From Octopus vulgaris (lineage: Eukaryota), in the NCBI GenBank assembly GCA_951406725.2, contig OX597818.1, positions 104,532,001 to 104,596,000 on the forward strand: 64,000 nucleotides of DNA, given 5' to 3'. The position numbers and the translations under genes are program-made. Below the pieces are notes generated by a model. The model searched no databases. It saw only the letters and a list, made by a program, of their open reading frames with translations, and was not told where the DNA came from. The number at the start of each line of letters is the position of its first letter. Position 1 is the first letter of the stretch. Shown here piece after piece: positions 54,749 through 64,000 of this stretch.

Positions 54749-55459
54749 ATAAATATACATAAATATACATATATATACATATATAAACATACATATATAT
54801 ATATACATACACATATATATTTGTACACGTATATATATATATATATATATATGTACGCGTATATATATGTATGTATGTATGTATGTATTCACACTTACAC
54901 ACACATACACACATATATATCTGTGCGTTCATGTATGTATATGCGTTATCTTTCTTTTGTAAGATTGGGATTTTTCCTATAAACCTCTGGTTGGTTTCTA
55001 GCCGAAAGACAACACAACTCGATGGAATTCAGATAACAAGAACAGTAAAAACTTTCATGGTAAATTATCAAAAAGTATTGCGTATTTACATTGTTTCAAC
55101 TAATGTTTGAATTCGTAGAATATCTGAACCTGAAGCCCAAGGCATTTGTGATTAATACATTTTTTGAAGAAAAAGTTTTACTCACATTGTAGAACAATAA
55201 GGGTCGCTGGTTGCAGGTTCCATCGATACAATCACCGGTTTGCTGCACTTGCGACACTGAAAGCATGAAGGGATTATCTGTTGCTCGGTAATGAACAATT
55301 ATCACATTACAATTCGTTGGAGAAGCATAGATTTTGCGGTTTTCTTGCTGACATCATCATCGTTCGCCGATATACATCGACGTATGTTACATACGTGCGC
55401 AAGCGCACACACACACGCGAATATGCATGTGTTTTTGCATGCGCGTGCACATTTGTAGC

Positions 55460-56645
55460 ATTCGTTTGGGTAAGTCTGTCCGTCAAAGGCAAATTAGTTT
55501 GACCTATGTAGTCTCCATCACACCCTCCACATTTGAGAACATAGATTAAGCTCTTCGATGCACAGATGAAGTGGTCTTTTATGGTAAAAGTTTGAGATGA
55601 CTTCAATTTGTATGTTCAGCTCTCTAAGAGGAAGATGCAAGTCCCGCATTTAGGATGGTTGCACTTCTTGACTAGTAATGTGGTATTTTTGGCGCTGGTG
55701 AGTTATCGTTTTAGGGATTGCGGTTGTCTCTTGCTTTTAATAATCCTGTGTTTCCAGTAATTTTTTCATTCGCAGATCATTCATAAGGAGGGGTCTGTTT
55801 TGGTGGATGATGTTGTATGCTTCCATATTCCTCGGATTGTGTGTTGATACGTAAGATCAAGTTTTAAGTGTATCATGGGGCTTTCTTCTTTTCCATAACT
55901 ATTGGATGTCTATCCATTTTGCACGTTCTATTCCCTTTTTGATTAGACTTTCCGGGTATTTTCTATCTAGTAATGTGTTTTTAAGTTCTTTGAGTAGCTT
56001 TCCTCCGGTTTCGGGATTTGATGCAATCGTGCAAATTCTTCTCGCTAAGTTGAACGGTACATTTATTTTACTATGTTTTGGGTGGCAGGAGGAGAATAGA
56101 AGATATTGTTTTGAGTCTGTTGATTTGAAGATGTCGGTTTCAGTTTCAGTATCTCTTTTTATGATTAAGATGTCCAGGAAGGGTAGCTGTTTGTGGATAC
56201 GTTTTTAAATTCTGAGATAAGTTTTTAACTGGATAAGTTTTTAAATTCTGGGAGTTGCCCAAGGTTATGTGGCCACAGAAGGAAACAGTCATCCAGGTAG
56301 CGTTCCCAGCTGGTGAGTAAGTATTTTGGGGAGTTGTCTCCAAACTTCAGTCTAGTGTGCTCGTATATTTGGACTTCCAAGTATGCAATGACAAGGTTAG
56401 CAAAAGTAGGGGCTACCCTCGTTCCCCTCGCCGTACCCGATTTTTGTTTATAAGCGTTCTCGCTGAAGTTGAAGAAATTGTTCTGTAGGATGAATTATAT
56501 TTCTTCAACGATGAATTCTTTTCCGATTCGGTCAGGAATGTCATTTGGTAATTTTTCCAGCCAGTATTATATGGCTATTATTCCGTATTCGTGTGGAATC
56601 GAGGTGTAGTGGTTTATTATATTGAATGAAACCATAAGGGAATCG
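55460..56645 (-). mobile_element. Decayed Penelope-like element (Neptune-type architecture): RT, Cys-rich linker, GIY-YIG
   Basis: YTSIPHEYG..FILQNNFFNF..QKSGTARGTRVAPTFANL..WERYLDDCFLLW..FLDILI..TDSKQYLLFSSCHPKH..VPFNLARRI..KKCNHPKCGTC..FICASKSLIYVLKCGGCDGDYIGQT, with stops and frameshifts. Confidence 0.92.
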
Positions 56646-57768
56646 TTGCTAGTTTATTCGGGAGAGTACATAGGTAAAACTAGTCTAGCCTTGAGGGACA
56701 GATACATGGTACACAGGCAACAAATCAGAGATCCCCACGACTAGGAAAGTTCCTGTAAGCAAACACCTAGAACAATGCCCCACAAATATAAACCCAAAAT
56801 ATCAAATCTTCCCTCTCTATCAATGCACTGGAAACAATTCAACCCAATTCCATTTGAAGAAGGAAAATATGCTCATTAAAAATATAACCCACAGCTGAAT
56901 ACCCTTTAGAAAGAAAGAAAATTCTAAATAGAAATAAGATACAGTTTCTCCACAAAAAATAATAACCAGATGCAATTCAAAAAATTTTAGTAACAGTCTC
57001 CCATTCTGGTTTCCAAATTGCAACTCTAAATCACCATACAATAACAGCATACAAACACCAGTTGCTGACATCACATATCTCTAGACCAATGAAATTTTAT
57101 ATCCGATTAAAACCGAACTTCAGCAAATATGATAAAATGACCATTAAAGCGAATCAACCATCTGGAACTGTTGATGACCGTTCTTCAGAGGAAGTCAACA
57201 AGGCAGAACGACAGACTTAACCATCAGAAAAATAAGACGTGAACAGTACTTTAACGAATCAAAAAGCAGATAGGTTCACAGAAAAAAAAATATAAATACA
57301 CTGGATTCCAAAATCGGGTGTTACAAGCGAAAATCCTGCACACGATGGAAAAAGAATTACGAAACTGTAACAAAACCCTTTTTTTTTTCTATCTTCATTT
57401 ACCCCTCTTACTACCATCATGTCTCCTTCTTAACTCCGTATGACCGGTTCTTTGGGTATCCACATTTCTTTTCGGTCACTTGTAACATTATTAAATGTTG
57501 TGCATTTAAACAAGATGATCCCCCATTTTCTTATATTATTGAATGTTGTGAACATTTAAATCATATTTGATATCATTGAATTTTGTAAACATTGAATTTT
57601 TTAAACATGTATTTCTGCTTCGCAATCTTAAGTTTTTATGATTGATAAACAAAAGATATTTTTGAAACTAGTTTGGTATGTATGCAAATAAATTAATTTA
57701 AAAACAATTAAAAGGTTTTTCAAATTCAGGTGCGTTTTTAACAACAAATTTATGTGTGTGTATGTGTA

Positions 57769-57815
<47 letters not shown>

Positions 57816-58231
57816 AGCATTCAAAGTGAGGAATGGTCAGCATGGTGAAAGTTAACTGAGTAGATTCTTCTCGTTCTTTGCTCTACTAAGACAGGAATAG
57901 CGAACATTTGTCATGGTGAGATTTGTCGGGACACATACGTAGCATGAACGAGTGATCCAAAGCTCAGATATCCACACGGGAAGAAATATTGTCTTCATTT
58001 GGAAGAATTATTGTCTTCATTTGTTCTTTAAATATCTGGAGTCTGGGACTCGAATTTCGTGCTCTGGTTGAGGATTATCCGCTGAACTCAGGCATAGTCT
58101 TGGAGCAGTAATCGAAATTTTGATCCAGATAAGGAAGTTCCAAATAGCAATCGGAGATAGTCTTTAGAAGAATTGCAACATTAGCATTATTATGTTGGCC
58201 CATAAGAATTCCCAGAAGATAATTCCCATAT

Positions 58232-58400
58232 AGGCGTAAGAGTGGCTGTGTGGGAAGTAGCTTGCTTACCAACCACATGGCTCCTGGTTCAATCCCACTG
58301 CGTGGCACCTTGGGCGAGTGTCTTCTACTATAGCCTCGGGCCAACCAAAGTGGATTTGGTTGACGGAAACTGAAAGAAGCCCGTCGTATATATGTGTGCG

Positions 58401-58431
<31 letters not shown>

Positions 58432-58643
58432 ATGTATGTGTGTGTATATGTTTGTGTGTCTGTTTTTGTCCCCCCAACATAGCTTGACAACCGATGCTGG
58501 TGTGTTTACGTCCCCGTCACTTAGCGGTTCGACAAAAGAGACCGATAGAATAAGTACTAGGCTTATAAAGAATAAGTCCTGGAGTCGATTTGGTCGACTA
58601 AAGGCGGTGCTCCAGCATGGCCACAGTCAAATGACTAAAATAA
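58232..58643 (+). mobile_element. SINE family A
   Basis: Full head, body and tail. Confidence 0.88.
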
Positions 58644-59362
58644 GAACTGGCTCGGCAAATCACTATCGGAAATAAGCTTTTAGAAAATATTTATGTTCTC
58701 ACATCCATAAGGCCCGCAGCCAACAAAAGCTAGGTTTTTGGTGACAAAGAAGAAGCTTATTTTCAGTATGTTTCTTAGTCGCAGAGTAAGCAAATGATAC
58801 AACCGTTCGAGAAAGATATATTATGACAGCTGTTGTTCATTGGACGAAATATGGAGCAGAGGCGTGTCTTTTTAGAGTCCATGACGAATAAGTTTGTTGG
58901 AGCTGGTGAAAGGGAGGATTTAGTGACAAAAATACCTAACTTTTATTATATAAATATAATGAACTATAATTTTACTCTATTCTTACTCGAAATTAAATAG
59001 GCGTCGTCAGTATCTCATCTGATAATCTCTGATCTATGATACCACACCTTATTCTTGCCAGAAATTTTGGCAAGATATCAGGCATATTCCCTAGGTGAAA
59101 GAAGACAATATAAAACAACTGGTTCTTGGAATTTTACTTAAATTGTTTTGTAAAGCAATGTACAATGTATGTGACACACACACACACTTGTTTATGTAAA
59201 TATGTATATATTTGTGTGTGTGAATCTGTGTGTGTGTAATTTCAAGTGAGTATAAACGCTTTTGCAGAATTTTTTTTATTTCTATTTCTTTTTATATACA
59301 TTATCATGTGTAGTTAGGAGGGGGCAAGGAACTACATATTTCTACAATCAATAAATATACAT

Positions 59363-59762
59363 AGACGCAGGCGTTCTATGAGGTAAGACGTTTCCTTCTT
59401 AACTACCTGATCCTGAGTTCGATCCCACTGCGTAGAAACTTGGGCAAGTGTCCTAGACTATAGCCCTGGGTCGACCAAAGTCTTGTAAGTAGATTTGAAA
59501 GATAGAAAGTGAAATAAGGCCATCCTATACACACACACACATATGTGTGCGTGTGTGTGAGTATGTGACTTTGCGTTTCTGTTGGTTTCCATCACCTCTT
59601 GATAACCGTTGATGGTGTGTTTACGTTCCCATAGCTTAGAGACCGATAGAATAAGTACCAGGCTTTAAAGAAGAAAGGTACTCGGATCGATTTGTTCGAC
59701 TAAAATTCTTCAGTGTGGTGCTCCAGTATGGACGCAGTCTAATGACTAAAACAAGTAAAAGA
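59363..59762 (+). mobile_element. SINE family A, diverged
   Basis: Family A motifs with GAGTTCGATCCC B box. Confidence 0.78.
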
Positions 59763-59775
59763 CAGAAGATAGACA

Positions 59776-59983
59776 TACGAGGCATCAAATAGTTCCGGGA
59801 CCACCTATTTCTGATAGGAGTGGCTGCGTGGTAAGTAACTTGCTTACCAACCACATGGTTCTGGGTTTTGCCCCACTGTGTAGCACCTTGGGCAAGTGTC
59901 TTCTACTATAGCCGCGGGCCGACCAAAGCCATGTGAATGGATTTGGTAGACAGAATCTGAAAGAAGCCTGTATATATATATAA

Positions 59984-60055
<72 letters not shown>

Positions 60056-61435
60056 CTGTGTGTGTATGTATGTATATATATAATATATATATATGTATGC
60101 ATGTATGTATGTGTGTGTATATGTTTTTGTGTCGTGTGTTTCCCCCCAACGTCACCTGACAACCGATGATGGTGTGTTTACGTCCTCGTAAGTAAGCGGT
60201 TCGGCAAAAGAGACCGATAGAATAAGTACTAGGCTTACAAAGAATAAGTCCTGGGGCTGATTTGCTCGACTGAAGGCCATGCTTCAGCATGGCCACAGTC
60301 AAATGACTGAAAATAGTAAAAGAGAGAAAAGAGAGATATTTACCTAAGTTTTAAGATCATCTCCTTCGAAATAATCACCTTGCACAGCAATACACCGGTC
60401 CCGACGTGCCTGCCACTTTTGGAATCCGGCCTTGGAAATCGTTTTCCGTAAGCGAGAGAAGGACCTTCTACGATTCGCTCTTGATCTCAACAACGGCGTT
60501 AAAACGGTGACCTTTAAACTACATTTTGACCTTGGGGAAGAAATGAAAGTCTGTAGGTACTAAATCTGACGAACCGGGCGGGTTCGGAAGCGATTCATTG
60601 TTGTTTTTGGTGAGAAACTCACAAGTGGTGAGAGCTCGATGAGAGGGGGCATTGTCGTAGTGAAGAATCCAATTCGCGCTTCGCAGATCCGGTCGCTTTT
60701 TTCGAATGTCCTCCTTCAAACGCTTCAAACGTCGCAGTAATACTGTCGATTGACAGTCTGACCCCGGGGATGGAGTGGCTGTCTTGTAAGTAGCTTGCTT
60801 ACCAACCACATGGTTCCGGGTTCAGTCCCACTGCGTGGCACCTTGGGCAAGCATCTTCTACTGTAGCCTCAGGCCGACCAAAGCAGTTCGGCAAAAAATA
60901 CCGATAGAATAAGTACCAGGCTTACAAAGAATAAGTCCTGGGGTCGGTTTGCTCGACAAAAGGTGGTGCTCAGCATGGTTGCAGTCAAATGATTGAAACA
61001 AGTATAAGTGTAAAAGAGTAAAGAGTAAAGTGTAATACAGCGGATTTTTTAAAAAAACGCAGAGCCTGCTCTTGATTGAGCTGTGGCTCTATTGTGCCTT
61101 CTTCGGTCGTGGAGATGAAAGCTCTTCCAGTGTAATGACTGCTGCTTCGTCTTTGAAGCATGTTCAATGTCTCTGTAACAGACTTACCAAGTTTAAAGCC
61201 ACTTTTCGCGTTGACTCTTTATTCCAACCTCACGTCGGTGAAAAACGTCGCGCAATACAGCATACACGTGATCACAAAAATACAAATTTCACAACTTGTG
61301 AAGTAAATGCAACAATGTCATTTGGGGCACTGCCTCGTGAAGGTCACTGCTAGCTCTCAATGCGCATGCAACCGTGTGTTGCCTTCTGTTGGCGCGCTAC
61401 AGAACTAGTCAGGGAACCTTTTGAGAAAACCTCGT
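59776..61435 (-). mobile_element. Decayed mariner transposon interrupted by two family A SINEs (59815-60335, 60771-61030)
   Basis: WILHYDNAPSHRA..PPGSSDLVPTDFHFFPKVKM (mariner-like), SPRPKKA; TIR-like ends TACGAGGCATCAAATAGTTCC and GGAACCTTTTGAGAAAACCTCGTG. Confidence 0.85.
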
Positions 61436-61474
61436 GTGTGTGTGTGTTTATATATATATATATATTCTTTTATT

Positions 61475-61852
61475 TGTTTGAATCATTTGACTGCGGCCAT
61501 GCTGGAGCAACGCATTTAATCGAGGAAATCGACAACAGCACTTATTCTTTGTAAGCCTAGTACTTTTTCTATCGGACTCTTTTGTCGAACTGCTAAGTTA
61601 CGGAGGCTTAAACACACCAGCATCAGTGATCAAGCGATGTTGGGGGAACAAAAAAGACGCACAAACATATACACACACATAGATATATATACATATAAAC
61701 GACGGGCTTCTTTCAGTTTCTTCTCTAAAAAATCCACTCACAAGGCTTTGCTCGGCACGAGGATACAGTAGAAGACACTTGCCCGAGGTGCCACTTAACC
61801 TGGAACCATGTGGTTGGTAAGCAAGCTACTTACCACACAGCCACTCCTGCCC
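61475..61852 (-). mobile_element. SINE family A
   Basis: Reverse complement of family A. Confidence 0.85.
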
Positions 61853-61907
61853 TTATATATATATATATATATATACATATATATTTATATATATATACAT
61901 ATATATA

Positions 61908-62168
61908 TATTTGTTTTGCAAGATTTTTGATGTGAAATCGTGTGTTGAAACAGATATTCTTGTATTTAGGAATGGTCATTTTACCAGTTTAGCCAATAAA
62001 AAGGACCACTGATGAGGTCACAGGACTGTGACGTAAGAACTCTGGCCGAAATAAGATTAAGATTAATGTAAACAATGAATAACGCTGAAGCAAAGTAACA
62101 CCAAATATATAGTGCGTGTGTTTTTATTGGCTAAACTGGCAAAATGACCATTCCTAAATACAGCAATA
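61908..62168. mobile_element. Short inverted-arm insertion in (TA)n containing a hammerhead core (CTGATGA 62009-62015, GAAA 62048-62051)
   Basis: 61956-62002 is the imperfect reverse complement of 62121-62168; stem II GGTCA/TGGCC; stems I and III not clearly formed. Confidence 0.65.
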
Positions 62169-62699
62169 TATATATATATACAGAGAGGGAGAGAGAGTGT
62201 GAGAAAAGAGAGAGTAGTGTTTCATTTCGTGTTTAGAAGGCGGTGAGATGACAGAATCGTTACCTCGCTGAAAAATAGCTTAGCAAACAGCTATTTCAAA
62301 TTCGAGAAATCTTCGGAGATTAGGTGTTGTGAACTGACTTCTCTACTCCTTAGTATCTGTGAATGGGGAGCTGCTTTGCAGACGCAAGGGTGCGTTTGTG
62401 TCGTAGGTAATCAGCATCGAGCAGTTCAGCTCTGCTGTTATTATATAGGTTGGTGTTAAGGCGACGAGCTGGCTGAAATTGTTAGCATGCTGGGCGAAAT
62501 GCTTAGCGGCATTTCGTCCGTCTTTACGTTCTCAGTTCAAACTTCACAGAGATCGATCTTGCCTTTCATCAATTCGGGATCAATAAAATAAGTACCTGTT
62601 GGCCACTGGTGTAGATATAGTCGATTAGATTCCTCCTCCTCCTCCTCCAAAATTGCAGACTTCGCGCCTTTAGTAGAAAGTTCTTTTAATCATTTACTC

Positions 62700-63075
62700 A
62701 TTATTTGTTTGAGTCATGTTACTGTGGCCATGCTGGAGCGCCTATAGTCGAGCAAATCGACCCCAGGACTTATTCTTTGTAAGCCTAGTACTTATTATAT
62801 CGTTCTCTTTTGCCGAACCGCTAGATTACGGGAGCATAAACACACCAGCATGGATTGTCAAGCGATGTTGGGGGACAAACACAGACACACAAACATACAC
62901 ACACACATACATATACATATATACGACGGGCTTCTTTCAGTTTCCGTCTACCAAATCCACTCACAAGGCTTTGGTCGGCCGGAGGCTATAGTAGAAGACA
63001 CTTGCCCAAAGTTCCACTGAACAGGAACCATGTGATTGGTAAGCAAGTACTTACCACACAGCCACTCCTACGCCT
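62700..63075 (-). mobile_element. SINE family A, followed by a family C head (63082-63212, -)
   Basis: Reverse complement matches to both families. Confidence 0.85.
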
Positions 63076-63224
63076 ATATACAGCAGGGTTCGCCACCACA
63101 CCCTGTCGGATACGTGGAGCTTTAGGTGTTTTCGATCAATAAACACTCACAATGTCCGGTCTGCGAATCGAAACCGTGATCCTACGACCGCGAGTCCGCT
63201 GCCCTAACCACTAAGTTTATTATT

Positions 63225-63700
63225 ATTGAGTGAGAGAGCAGTGCTTGGCATAAAAGTGACTCTGGGATAAAATATACAATGCCCAGTGTACCCATCGTGC
63301 GTACCCGTCTGATAAGAGTACACCAGGCTCATGCATCACAACCATATGTGCGCGACATGACGATCTAATATCAAAATAAACAGCGCATGAACTTGCAGGT
63401 GAGACCCAATTAGAATTTTCTTCCAGTCGAGTCGCCCATCCCATTCAAAAGGTACCTGAATAAGAGTTTTTTTAAGGATGTTGAACCAAACACCCATGTT
63501 TCCAGAGTTAAATTATCCAAATCCCAAAGAACTCCTCTCACCATATGCCTATGATGCTCCCCACCCCGCCCCCACTACTTCTGCTCGTGATCAGAGATGC
63601 ACATATCGTTAGCCATTAAGGGAAATGCTCAACTTGTTAAGGCCAAACAAGTGACAAGCAAATCTTTGGCATTGAGCAGAATATTTCCTGTAGCCCAACG
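63225..63700. repeat. Probable interspersed repeat (SINE-like), family not assigned
   Basis: Balanced-GC block between (TTA)n and (CTT)n; resembles a common cephalopod repeat from recall only, with no second copy in this window. Confidence 0.35.
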
Positions 63701-63892
63701 TTTATACATTTTTCTTCTTCTTTTTCTTCTTCTTCTTCTTCTCCTTCTTCTTTTCACCCTCCTCCTCCTCGTTGTTGTTGTTGTTGTTATTATTATTATT
63801 ATTCAGTAGTTTTATTTTTATAGTCTGCTTTCACTTCACTACTGTGTGAAGCTCTGTGTACCTTGGGTATGTGTTGTGATTATTATTATTAT

Positions 63893-63927
<35 letters not shown>

Positions 63928-64000
63928 AGATGGTAAGCTGGACGAGTCATTAGCACACTAGGCGGAATGCCGAACCACATTCCGTCTGCTTTTTGCATTC

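Overview
AT-rich, repeat-dominated eukaryotic DNA. The microsatellite load and SINE set look like an Octopus/coleoid cephalopod genome (inferred from recall, not from a search). No host protein-coding gene can be supported, and almost all listed ORFs are translated (TA)n/(TG)n/(TTA)n/(GATA)n tracts. Supported content: (i) the 5' part of an apparently intact minus-strand CR1/L2-type LINE, with a Myb/SANT-like + CCCH ORF1, an overlapping APE ORF2 running off the window, and a 2.5-kb higher-order tandem array in its putative 5' UTR; (ii) decayed CR1, R4/Dong and Penelope-like (RT + GIY-YIG) fragments; (iii) mariner relics, two non-autonomous Helitrons, MITEs and three abundant SINE families. The most interesting signal is a set of hammerhead-ribozyme-like elements embedded in (TA)n. 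The largest is a 4.7-kb array of a structured ~545-bp monomer (1.7 inverted + exactly 7 direct copies), each carrying a minimal type I hammerhead-like motif. Two unrelated hammerhead-bearing insertions share its head-to-head, 3'-ends-outward geometry. This suggests retrozyme-like RNAs mobilised by Penelope-type machinery; ribozyme activity and mobilisation are untested inferences.
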